NCBI GenBank assembly: GCA_050331735.1
Contig: JBHJGN010000037.1
Span: 1 to 64,000 of the forward strand
Direction of reading: 5' to 3'
DNA length: 64,000 nt
Origin: Cyanophyceae cyanobacterium
GTDB taxonomy: Bacteria > Cyanobacteriota > Cyanobacteriia > Cyanobacteriales > JBHJGN01
Shown: piece after piece, positions 45,501 to 54,023 of the stretch
Layout of the letters: each line of letters opens with the position of its first letter
Numbering within the stretch: position 1 is the first letter of the stretch
Made by a program: the position numbers and the translations under genes
Notes under the pieces: model-generated
The model's input: only the letters and a program-made list of their open reading frames with translations
Databases searched by the model: none
What the model was told of the DNA's origin: nothing

Positions 45501-45764
45501 AGGATAACCCTGTAGATGCTGAGGAATCACAAACTGCTGGGCCAACCAGCGAACGCGGCGACCGGCTGGCCAGGTAATGTATCTCTTGTCATTGAGTGGA
45601 GACAGTTGCCAGTCTGAAGGTTTAATGACCTGCGCTGGACTCGTTCTATCAGCAAAATTGAGTTCGCCAGCATAGCAATGCCACCCAGCTTGGACATCAA
45701 CCTGAGTGAGCTGGCGAAGATTCTCAATGGTTTGGGAAATAGCGTGAGCAGGTGAGTGATCCAT
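42573..45764 (-). CDS. GH38 alpha-mannosidase
   Basis: GHAHLDLAWLW, WLPDSFG, GVGDHGGGP and NQFHDILPG motifs. Confidence 0.95.
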   Translation of the reverse strand: MDHSPAHAISQTIENLRQLTQVDVQAGWHCYAGELNFADRTSPAQVIKPSDWQLSPLNDKRYITWPAGRRVRWLAQQFVIPQHLQGYPLAGLSLRLVLTWWAEEAKIYVNGQLVQEGDLFDSSARVLLTDAATPGNIIIVTLRLVSPGHDIGALMQSRCVYETEKPQDPDSQDLKLVDPGFVADELTVLHNYLEAFAPEKLATLATILTAIDWKLVTNAEQFERSLRQLRHRLLPLAAGIQQRCLHLLGHAHLDLAWLWPVEETWEVAERTFTSVLGLQQEFPHLTFCHSTPALYAWIEEHRPELFKAVQAAVMAGRWEVVGGMWVEPDANLLSGESLIRQLLYGQRYTQEKFGQLTKVAWLPDSFGFTWQLPQILKAGGIEYFVTGKLHWNDSTPFPHGVFWWQSPDGTRLLTLMSPPNLAGVMDTNPVIMSRYAVDWEQQTHLKDAFWLPGVGDHGGGPSRDMLEVQQRAAQSPFFPRFQWTTATQYLEQIASAEPQSSSPPSPALVTASSFPTWNDELYLELHRGCYTTHAEQKYFNRYGEGLLYQAELWATLAAICTSSTAAPYSYPQEPIKQAWKKLLFNQFHDILPGTSIPEVFVDANQAWQAVVQAGTKIVSESLEAIASHIAFPQPPHPEAQPVVVFNALNWQRTEVVAYPIAQNNRTVIDLEGNQIPTQCSEQSLLFVAETPSVGYRLYWICPSLQQTQPLNLNREFVLENEKLRVVINPVTGNLDSIFDQAEQREVLGGPGNQLQAFRDRGQYWDAWNIDPDYAQHPLPPAQLISIEWIDQGPVQWRVRVRRRLGQSEFCQDYILQARSPLLKIATTVDWQESHVLVKAAFPLSITSNTVTCEIPCGAIQRPTQPQTPAERAKWEIPALRWADLTDVRYRYGVSLLNDCKYGYDSQPQSLRLTLLRASRWPDSNADRGIHHFTYALYPHQGDWQAAQTVRAGYELNIPLQVREAGRTADAQLSPTHQFLNLSSNNVVLMALKQSEGTAHEWVMRCYECWGEETQLAVTGDLDWEITSRVDGLERPLPSAESKPYLPVKPWKITSLRLRAHPLK

Positions 45765-45864
45765 GATAAGAGGGGACAGAGGAAGAGGGATTAAGTTTCT
45801 ATTCCTTTATTTCCATACCACATTCAACACGCTATATCTGTTTGGTTTATTAGTCACTGATCGC

Positions 45865-47628
45865 TCACTGTCTTGCTTCACTCGTCAATTCCTGATTGAG
45901 GGGAGCTTTTTGCCAGTGGTTTTCATGAACGACGGTATGCACTTGCCAGTCGGGGGAGGGGTGAGGGTAATCGGTGCGGTAGTGTCCACCGCGACTTTCT
46001 TGACGAAAAGCAGCGCTTTTAAGAATCAAATAGGCAATATCGAGCAGATTAAAAGTTTCTGCGGCAGCTTTTACCTGTTCTGCGGCGGCTTCTTCCAGGT
46101 CAACGCTGTGGGTCGGTGACAGGAAAAGATACTGAGCTAACTCAGAGATGGCTACCTCCTCTCGCCAAGACTGGACTCGAGCGATCGCCTTTTCCAAAAG
46201 GACTTGAGAGCGGCAAATTCCGGCACTTTCCCACATCAATCGGGGTAACTCGGCCCGGACGACCCTCAAGGTTGCTAGCTGTGCCTCTAGCGGTCGGTGC
46301 CCAGTGGTAGTAGTGACGTCGCCTACAGGAACGTCAGCGGCTTCTAGTTCCAGATGAGCCAACTGCTGTGCAAACACCAAACACTCTAGGAGAGAGTTGC
46401 TGGCTAAACGATTGGCCCCATGAACGCCAGTGCTGGCAGTTTCGCCGATGGCGTATAGCCCGGGAATCGACGTTTGATTCGTTATGTCAGTGGCAATGCC
46501 TCCCATCCAGTAGTGGGCAGCGGGAGCAACGGGAATTGGTTCTTTGAAGACATCAATGCCCCACTGCTGACAAACCTTGATGATGTTGGGAAAGCGGCGA
46601 CGAATGCGTTCTGGCTCGATGGGTTGCAAATCTAAATAGACATGAGCGCGTTCAGGATGAGCCGCTGTTTTCTGGAGGTGACTAAATATGGCGCGACTGA
46701 CGACATCTCTGGGGGCTAATTCTCCGGCAGGATGATAGTCAAAAGCAAAGCGGGAGCCGCTGGCATCGATTAGGGAGGCTCCTTCGCCCCGCACCGCTTC
46801 GCTGATTAGAAACCGCGGCGCACCTGGCTTGGTTAAAGCCGTGGGGTGAAACTGAAAGAACTCCAAATCGCGCACTGCTGCCCCAGCGCGCCACGCCAGC
46901 GCCACGCCATCTCCGGTACTGACGGCTGGATTGGTGGTTTGGGCAAACACCTGACCGCCGCCTCCGGTGGCTAAAATCACGGCACGACAGCGCAGCCACT
47001 GAATCTGATTACGGTAAAGAAAACTAATTCCTTGACAGCGACCCCGATCCACCCACAAACTTAACGCTAGCGCCTGCGACAGGACTTGAATATTGGTTTG
47101 CTCTAGCACTCGTTCGGTAAGAGTGCTGACAATCGCTCGTCCGGTGGTATCGGCAGCATGAAGAACGCGAGGGTGAGAATGGGCTGCCTCTAGAGTCATG
47201 GCTAGCTGGGCGCCTTGACGGTCAAAAGCCACGCCTAAATCCACTAACGAGGCGATGGCTGCTGCGGCACGATCCACTAGAAATTGAACCGCAGCGCGAT
47301 CGCACAATCCCCCTCCTGCTTTGAGAGTATCTTCCCGGTGCAGTTGGGGAGAATCGGCTGGACTAATGGCGGCGGCAATGCCTCCTTGGGCCCAGTCGCT
47401 TGCCCCAGTATGCAAAGTATCTTTGGTAATCAGCGCGACGCGCCAACGAGCGGGTAAACAGAGCGCGGCATACAGTCCCGCGGCTCCAGTACCTACGACT
47501 AGCACATCAAACTGGGTGGCGAGCCGTTGAGAGTCAAGTGGAAGTGGCGCTTGAGAAGAATTCAATGAGCTACGGTACAGAACTAAAATTTTAGTAAAAA
47601 CCCACCCCGCTGTGGAGTGGGTGAACAA
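45865..47628 (-). CDS. nadB: L-aspartate oxidase (true start probably downstream, near 47565)
   Basis: GTGAAG, WAQGGIAAA, FQFHPT, SEAVRGEG and HGANRLASNSLLE motifs. Confidence 0.96.
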   Translation of the reverse strand: MFTHSTAGWVFTKILVLYRSSLNSSQAPLPLDSQRLATQFDVLVVGTGAAGLYAALCLPARWRVALITKDTLHTGASDWAQGGIAAAISPADSPQLHREDTLKAGGGLCDRAAVQFLVDRAAAAIASLVDLGVAFDRQGAQLAMTLEAAHSHPRVLHAADTTGRAIVSTLTERVLEQTNIQVLSQALALSLWVDRGRCQGISFLYRNQIQWLRCRAVILATGGGGQVFAQTTNPAVSTGDGVALAWRAGAAVRDLEFFQFHPTALTKPGAPRFLISEAVRGEGASLIDASGSRFAFDYHPAGELAPRDVVSRAIFSHLQKTAAHPERAHVYLDLQPIEPERIRRRFPNIIKVCQQWGIDVFKEPIPVAPAAHYWMGGIATDITNQTSIPGLYAIGETASTGVHGANRLASNSLLECLVFAQQLAHLELEAADVPVGDVTTTTGHRPLEAQLATLRVVRAELPRLMWESAGICRSQVLLEKAIARVQSWREEVAISELAQYLFLSPTHSVDLEEAAAEQVKAAAETFNLLDIAYLILKSAAFRQESRGGHYRTDYPHPSPDWQVHTVVHENHWQKAPLNQELTSEARQ

Positions 47629-47679
47629 GGCTATTGGCAGATTGCGATGCAGGCGACAGGCTCTGATGACGCTAAACGA

Positions 47680-48102
47680 TTAATAGTAACCGGGATTATA
47701 GCGATCGCCGCCTTCGGTAAAGACGTCGGCAGGAGGAGTCAGCGTAAACTGCTCGAGATTGGCCTGTAAACGCTCTTTTTGGCGATCGCTCAAACCCGGA
47801 ATGTTGAGCACGTCCTCAACATTCTCATACGGAGCGTTGTCAACAATTTTACGAGCTAAGTTGGGGTAAAAGCCCCGCAGATCGCGAAACAGACGCACAT
47901 TGGCGTTGTTGAGATCGATTTTTTGACCGTACTCGGTACTCAGCTTGAAGTCTGCCGGATTGCGCAACTGAGACTCAGCCGCCAAAAAAATGGACGATGA
48001 TGGCACAGTCAAACTATTGAGGCTGGCTGCTTGGGCTGAGCCGCCTACCCAAATGCCTAGAATTGCTGCACACGTCACTAATACGTACACCAGTTTTTTC
48101 AA
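47680..48102 (-). CDS. psbU: Photosystem II 12 kDa extrinsic protein
   Basis: Signal peptide, KIDLNN..GFYPNLA..APY and DRYNPGYY motifs. Confidence 0.96.
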   Translation of the reverse strand: MKKLVYVLVTCAAILGIWVGGSAQAASLNSLTVPSSSIFLAAESQLRNPADFKLSTEYGQKIDLNNANVRLFRDLRGFYPNLARKIVDNAPYENVEDVLNIPGLSDRQKERLQANLEQFTLTPPADVFTEGGDRYNPGYY

Positions 48103-48435
48103 TTTTATTCCTCCTTGTTAATCAATTGTGTATTTTTCCTTCTGTTGCGATCGCTGCTCAAAAGAATCAGGATAATGAAGCAGATACCACAGTTCAAAGG
48201 ACTTTATGCTTTTGTTTAGTATTTTTTATACTATCGCGTTCCGGGATGATGCAGTCAAGGACAACGGCGAAAAACCTAAACGACGGCACTAACAGTCATT
48301 CATGATTGGTAATGGTTGACGCAGAGGGAACTAGCTTGGCGAGTTTTTTAAACACCGAAAACCCGATCGGAAAACCGTAGTTTTATGGCAAAATCAAAGA
48401 AAGTGTTTCAACAAATTGATTAGGAAGATTGAATT

Positions 48436-49071
48436 ATGTCTCTTCAACTAGGCGATACCGTCCCAGATTTCAAGCAGGCTTCGAGCGAAGGCGAAGTTTC
48501 ATTCTACGACTGGGCTGGCGATGGCTGGGTGGTGCTGTTTTCTCACCCGGCAGATTATACTCCCGTTTGCACCACTGAGTTAGGCGAAGTGGCTAAGCTC
48601 AAGCCAGAGTTTGATAAGCGTAACGTTAAAGTGATTGCCCTCAGCGTTGATGACGTAGACTCTCATCAGGGCTGGATCGGCGACATCAACGAGACTCAGC
48701 AGACCAACATTAACTACCCCATTTTGGCGGATGCCGATAAAAAAGTGTCTGACCTCTACGGCATGATCCACCCTAACGCCAACGATAAAGTCACGGTACG
48801 GACAGTCTTTGTTATCGATCCAGAGCGCAAACTCCGCTTAACTTTGACCTATCCTCCCAGTACGGGACGTAACTTTGACGAAATTCTACGAGTGATCGAT
48901 TCTCTTCAGCTAACCGATAATTACAGCGTCGCTACTCCAGTAAACTGGAAAGAGGGAGATGATGTCGTCGTTGCTCCTTCTATTCCAACCGAAGAAGCCA
49001 AGCAAAAATTTTCTAAGGGAGTGACAGAGATTAAGCCTTACCTGCGGATGACTCCTCAGCCTGATAAGTAA
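48436..49071 (+). CDS. 1-Cys peroxiredoxin (Prx6)
   Basis: SHPADYTPVCTTE and GRNFDEILR motifs. Confidence 0.96.
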   Translation: MSLQLGDTVPDFKQASSEGEVSFYDWAGDGWVVLFSHPADYTPVCTTELGEVAKLKPEFDKRNVKVIALSVDDVDSHQGWIGDINETQQTNINYPILADADKKVSDLYGMIHPNANDKVTVRTVFVIDPERKLRLTLTYPPSTGRNFDEILRVIDSLQLTDNYSVATPVNWKEGDDVVVAPSIPTEEAKQKFSKGVTEIKPYLRMTPQPDK

Positions 49072-49099
49072 AAGGGCGTTGGTCTTGGTCGTAAAATGA

Positions 49100-49128
49100 G
49101 TAGGGTGGGCAAGGCCCACCTTATTTTG
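49100..49128 (+). terminator. Hairpin downstream of the peroxiredoxin gene
   Basis: AGGGTGGGC-AAG-GCCCACCTT followed by ATTTT. Confidence 0.55.
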
Positions 49129-49172
49129 CAGATTACTGCAGAGATGGCCCCGTTACACCGTAAGCTATAGGT

Positions 49173-50153
49173 ATGGATATTAAAGACGGTTTTGTAGGTA
49201 CAGTTGGCAACACTCCTTTGATTCGGCTTCATAGCTTCAGCGAGGAAACGGGGTGCGAAATTTTAGGCAAGGCAGAATTTCTGAATCCTGGAGGCTCTGT
49301 CAAAGACCGGGCTGCTCTCTATATTATTCAAGATGCCGAACGAAAAGGTTTGCTCAAGCCAGGAGGAACCGTTGTCGAAGGCACGGCAGGCAATACGGGC
49401 ATTGGTTTAACGCACATCTGTAATGCCAAAGGGTATCGCTGTCTCATTATCATTCCCGAAACTCAGTCCCAAGAGAAGATCGATACGTTAAAAACTCTCG
49501 GAGCCGAAGTTCGGACTGTTCCGGCTGTCCCTTATCGAGATCCCAACAACTATGTCAAGGTATCGGGGCGATTAGCCGAGGAGATGGAGAACGCCATTTG
49601 GGCGAATCAGTTTGACAACTTGGCAAACCGCCAGGCGCACTACGAAACCACCGGTCCAGAAATTTGGGCGCAGACGGACGGCAAAATTGATGTTTGGGTG
49701 GCCGCTACCGGAACTGGCGGAACCTACGCCGGAGCCGCTCTGTTTTTTAAAGAAAAAACTCCTGATATTCGCTGCGTGGTGGCAGATCCAATGGGTAGCG
49801 GACTTTACAGCTATATTAAAACGGGAGAAATTAATCCCGAAGGTAGCTCCATTACCGAAGGCATTGGCAACAGCCGCATCACCGCCAATATGAAAGGAGT
49901 GCCCATCGATGATGCGGTGCAAGTAGATGACCCTGAAGCAGTCCGGGTTATCTACCAGCTCTTGCAAAAAGAAGGACTATTTATGGGAGGCTCAGTGGGC
50001 ATCAACGTGGGTGCTGCCGTTGCCCTTGCCAAGGAAATGGGACCAGGACATACCATTGTGACGGTGTTATGCGATAGCGGGCAGCGGTATCAGTCGCGGC
50101 TCTACAACCGAGAGTGGCTATCGTCTAAAGGACTCCTGCCTGAAGGACTATGA
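49173..50153 (+). CDS. cysK: Cysteine synthase
   Basis: NPGGSVKDR, EGTAGNTG and GTGGT motifs. Confidence 0.92.
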   Translation: MDIKDGFVGTVGNTPLIRLHSFSEETGCEILGKAEFLNPGGSVKDRAALYIIQDAERKGLLKPGGTVVEGTAGNTGIGLTHICNAKGYRCLIIIPETQSQEKIDTLKTLGAEVRTVPAVPYRDPNNYVKVSGRLAEEMENAIWANQFDNLANRQAHYETTGPEIWAQTDGKIDVWVAATGTGGTYAGAALFFKEKTPDIRCVVADPMGSGLYSYIKTGEINPEGSSITEGIGNSRITANMKGVPIDDAVQVDDPEAVRVIYQLLQKEGLFMGGSVGINVGAAVALAKEMGPGHTIVTVLCDSGQRYQSRLYNREWLSSKGLLPEGL

Positions 50154-50443
50154 GCAACCCCATTAAAACAGTATTAGTGTGTCAAAACCGGACCTGCCGC
50201 AAGGATGGTGCTAAGAAAGTTTTGGCAGCTTTTAAATCCCATGACGTGCCGGACGTAAAAATTGTTGCCTGCGGCTGTTTGGGACAGTGCGGCAGTGGTC
50301 CGATGGTGCTCGTAGAGCCGGAGCAGGTGTGGTACGCTCAGGTACAGCCAAAAGAGGTTCCCGTCGTCGTTAAGTCTCATTTGCGAGGCAACTGTCCGGT
50401 TAAAGCAATGCTCTACCCCAAGTTTCATCGTCATCAGGCTTAG
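50150..50443 (+). CDS. Thioredoxin-like (2Fe-2S) ferredoxin
   Basis: CQNRTC...CLGQCGSGP; ATGA overlap with cysK. Confidence 0.88.
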   Translation: MSNPIKTVLVCQNRTCRKDGAKKVLAAFKSHDVPDVKIVACGCLGQCGSGPMVLVEPEQVWYAQVQPKEVPVVVKSHLRGNCPVKAMLYPKFHRHQA

Positions 50444-50471
50444 CACCTATCGATAGGGAAATTGTAACAGA

Positions 50472-50735
50472 ATGACCAACAGCAATCATCAGTTGGAGGC
50501 GGTCAGAAATATCCTAACTTCGTTAGCTGCCCTCGCTACTATCCTTGCTATCTTCTATGGTGGAGTTTGGTTTCTAGTCGGAGTTCAAGTTGGCAGCATC
50601 AAAACTCAGATTCAGGATTTGAAAGGTACTATCTCTACCAAGATCGAAGCCTCAGAAGCCAAGTTAAGAGCAGAGATTCAGATAGCCAAGGTAGAAATTC
50701 TTCAACAAGTTAGAGAAAAAAAGGGAGAGCCGTGA
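50472..50735 (+). CDS. Hypothetical single-TM coiled-coil protein
   Basis: 87-aa ORF with a hydrophobic segment followed by a heptad-like tail. Confidence 0.55.
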   Translation: MTNSNHQLEAVRNILTSLAALATILAIFYGGVWFLVGVQVGSIKTQIQDLKGTISTKIEASEAKLRAEIQIAKVEILQQVREKKGEP

Positions 50736-50895
50736 ATCTGAGCTATACGAGCTGATTACCCTCAAATGAAATGGAGAAATTATGGAAACTAATGCGTTAC
50801 TCCCAGAGTTGAGGAGTAAAATAGCAGCGATCGCACTTCCTCTGCGCCAGCGAGAAGCTGCAATAAGCGATAGCGAGCCTCCGGTCATCTTCTTT

Positions 50896-50931
50896 CTACA
50901 GATATTACACTAGCTACAGATATTACACTAG
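50896..50931 (+). repeat. Perfect 18-bp tandem duplication
   Basis: CTACAGATATTACACTAG x2. Confidence 0.95.
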
Positions 50932-51086
50932 CTGCTGGAGTGTAATCGCGATTGCTACCGTATGCTCTCTGAACTCTACAAAGCTGGAGAAACGACTGGT
51001 GTAAAGAACCTTCTTGAAGAGAGCGGTGCGATCGTTTTCCACTCCAGCGGATACTGACAAAGAGCCGTAGCAAACTAATAGCAAGT

Positions 51087-52424
51087 TTAACCCTTTTTAT
51101 TAATGACCATTTTGACTCTACCTGACGGAGCAAGGGTCACGCCTCGTCGCTGCGGTTGTTCCGGTTTACTGCCAACCAAATCTAGCTCATAGTGTTTCAG
51201 GATTGTTGCTAGAACGAGCTTCATTTCCAACAGCGCTAGCGCATCGCCCACACAGCGACGAGAACCGCCACCAAAGGGCAGAAACTCCCAGTTGGCATAC
51301 TGGCGTTCTAGAAAGCGCTCTGGCTGAAACTGTTTGGGATGGGGATAAAGCTCTTCACGCTGATGCACTAAGTAAATACAGCCCATGACTGCCGTTCCCG
51401 GCTCGAGCGGATGACCCATCAGCTCGACTGGTTCTTGAGCAATTCTGGGAAACATGAGCATGGCTACCGGATAAATTCTTAAAGTCTCCTGACAGACGGC
51501 GGTGAGGTAGGGAAGTCGCGCGATGCTCATCGGGTCTTCATCAGCGCTAGCTAGCTCCTGAAGTAATTGTTCTTTGACTTCTGGCAAAAAGTGGCTCCAG
51601 TATAGCGCCCAAGCCATTGCTGTTGCTGTGGTTTCATGTCCAGCAAACAGCAGCGTCATCAGCTCGTCGCGCAGTTCCTGGTCGGTCATGGGGTTTCCCG
51701 CTTCATCCCGCGCCGATAACAGGAGAGAGAGAATGTCTTGGCGTGTTGACTCAGCCTGGGCGCGACGCTGGGTAATTTCAGCGTAAAGAAGTTGATCGAG
51801 CTGCTGCCGTTGATGCACGAAATATTTCCAGGGATTCCAGGGGAGAAAATCCTGCTGGAGAAAGCGAAAGAAGAGAAAGCTGGAGGTTAGGGGAGAGCGA
51901 AAGATCTCGGTCATTGCAGCGAGCAGTTGCTTGAGCTGCTGGCTGGCCTCGCCCTCATGGAGTCCAAAAACAGCTTCGAGAATGACCTGTAAAGAAATCT
52001 GCTGCATCACCGATCGCGCTGAGCAAGGCTGACCGACCTCTAGCTGATTCATCACCGACTTGGTGATGTGGCAAATCAGCTCGCCATAGGTTCGCAGCCG
52101 TTCTCCATGAAAAGGAGGCATGAGTAGCTGCCGTGCTCGCCGATGGCGATCGCCTTCGCGCATGATGACTGAATACTCCCCCACCAAAGGCTCAATGAGG
52201 CGGTTAGCGTAACCAGGAGCTAAAAACGTGCGGCGCTCCTGCATTAGTTGCTGAATGGCCTGGGGATGGCTAACAAACACCAAGTCGCCAAGGGTGAAGC
52301 CAATTTTGGCGGTGAAAAAATCGTCGTAGCGCTTTGCGGCTCCTTCCATAAAGCCGACGGGATTAGCGATCCAATGGGCAAGCTGGACGGGAGCAGGAGA
52401 TGATAGCAGGTTAGGAGAGGGCAT
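51087..52424 (-). CDS. Cytochrome P450 (CYP110-like)
   Basis: AGHETTA, ETLR, PERF and FGGGSRRCVG motifs; start taken at ATG 52424. Confidence 0.95.
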   Translation of the reverse strand: MPSPNLLSSPAPVQLAHWIANPVGFMEGAAKRYDDFFTAKIGFTLGDLVFVSHPQAIQQLMQERRTFLAPGYANRLIEPLVGEYSVIMREGDRHRRARQLLMPPFHGERLRTYGELICHITKSVMNQLEVGQPCSARSVMQQISLQVILEAVFGLHEGEASQQLKQLLAAMTEIFRSPLTSSFLFFRFLQQDFLPWNPWKYFVHQRQQLDQLLYAEITQRRAQAESTRQDILSLLLSARDEAGNPMTDQELRDELMTLLFAGHETTATAMAWALYWSHFLPEVKEQLLQELASADEDPMSIARLPYLTAVCQETLRIYPVAMLMFPRIAQEPVELMGHPLEPGTAVMGCIYLVHQREELYPHPKQFQPERFLERQYANWEFLPFGGGSRRCVGDALALLEMKLVLATILKHYELDLVGSKPEQPQRRGVTLAPSGRVKMVINKKG

Positions 52425-52551
52425 AGGCTCTGTTAAATCAGGTATCAGTAACCAGTTATTGGCGAGCAATTCATGAAGTTAACTAGTCACTCACTAAGCA
52501 CTATAGCTGAACACTCAGCACTGTCCATCGGTAACTGCTCACGGGTCACTG

Positions 52552-53922
52552 TTAAATTGAGCTAACGGTAGCCTGAGTAGAGGGGTGAGAAACGCGATCG
52601 CCCGTCACCACTAGCGGCACCTCGTTGGCTGGGGCAATGGTTAAGCCGCGCCGCGCTGCCTTGATGGGCTTATTGTCTCTCAGAGCAAGCTGGTAACGGG
52701 AGAGAACGGTCGCCAACACTAGGGTCATTTCTAACATAGCAAGGGCCGCTCCTAAACAGCGACGATTGCCGCCACCGAAAGGCAGAAATTCGTAAGCAGA
52801 ATACTGACGCTCAAGAAAGCGCTCTGGCCTGAACTGCTTGGAGTCTGGGTAGAGGTCTTTGCGGTGATGAATTAAATAGATGCAGGGGAAGAAGAGCGTA
52901 TTCGCTTCATACTGGTGTCCCATTACTTCTACTTCAGAGCGAGCAATACGAGGAAACGTCACCGGAACCACGGGATAGATGCGCAGCGTTTCTTGGCAGA
53001 CAGCGGTCAGATAGGGAAGACGGGCGATCGCCATTGGGTCTTCTACTCCATCTAGTTCTTGCAGCAGCTTGTCCTGGACTTGAGGATGCTGGCAAATCCA
53101 GTAGAACGCCCAGGCAAGAGCCGTTGCCGTGGTTTCGTGTCCGGCAATGAGGAGCGTGAGCAGTTCGTCTTGGAGTTCTTCGTCGGTCATGGCTTCACCC
53201 TGCTCATCTCGCGCCGCCATCATCAGGCTAAGCACGTCTGTACCGCTGCTATGGCAAGCGCGGCGCTCCTCAATTTCTGCTTGCAGCAGAGCGCGAATTC
53301 GCTGCTGGCGCTGCTGAAACTGCTGCCAAGGACTCCACGCCCCCCACTTTTTTTGCAGCCAGGGAAAGAATAGGGGACTAGAGCGCAGAGGCGAATCGAA
53401 CATATTGAGCATTGCTGCCAGTAGTGGCTTGAGCTGCTCGTAGCGATCGCCTTCGGCCAGGCCAAATACCGCCTGAAGAATTACCTCTAAGGTAATCTCC
53501 TGCATGGCAGCGCGAGCTTCAAACGGCTGCCCCACCTGCCACTGACTCGCTACCTGCTCAGTAATCTGGCAAATAATATCGCTATAGGTGCGAATACTTT
53601 CACCATGAAAGGACGGCATCAGCAGTTTGCGATCGCGGCGGTGGCGATCGCCATCGAGCACTATCAAAGAGTTTGCTCCCACTAGCGGCTCAACGATATC
53701 ATTACCCCGTCCAGCATCAAACTGTCTGGCATCGACACTGAGGATTTCCTGGACCCCTTGAGGATTACTCATTAGTACAAAGGGTTCAAAGTTGGCTAAG
53801 CGCAGGGTAAAGGTATCGCCATAGCGTTTGGCACACCTCTCCAAAAAATTTAACGGATCGGCGACCCAGTAGATGAGCTGCAATAGGGAAGGAATTCTGG
53901 GACCACTTGGTAAATAACTCAT
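52552..53922 (-). CDS. Cytochrome P450 (CYP110-like)
   Basis: AGHETTA, ETLR, PERF and FGGGNRRCLG motifs. Confidence 0.95.
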   Translation of the reverse strand: MSYLPSGPRIPSLLQLIYWVADPLNFLERCAKRYGDTFTLRLANFEPFVLMSNPQGVQEILSVDARQFDAGRGNDIVEPLVGANSLIVLDGDRHRRDRKLLMPSFHGESIRTYSDIICQITEQVASQWQVGQPFEARAAMQEITLEVILQAVFGLAEGDRYEQLKPLLAAMLNMFDSPLRSSPLFFPWLQKKWGAWSPWQQFQQRQQRIRALLQAEIEERRACHSSGTDVLSLMMAARDEQGEAMTDEELQDELLTLLIAGHETTATALAWAFYWICQHPQVQDKLLQELDGVEDPMAIARLPYLTAVCQETLRIYPVVPVTFPRIARSEVEVMGHQYEANTLFFPCIYLIHHRKDLYPDSKQFRPERFLERQYSAYEFLPFGGGNRRCLGAALAMLEMTLVLATVLSRYQLALRDNKPIKAARRGLTIAPANEVPLVVTGDRVSHPSTQATVSSI

Positions 53923-54023
53923 CGTTGTTCTTTCTGAGGTCAGTATCTCTCTCTAATCTAACGAACCAGACATAGACAAAAAAGGTCTACAAAATTGGGG
54001 ACAATCGCTGAAGTGCCCAAGCG

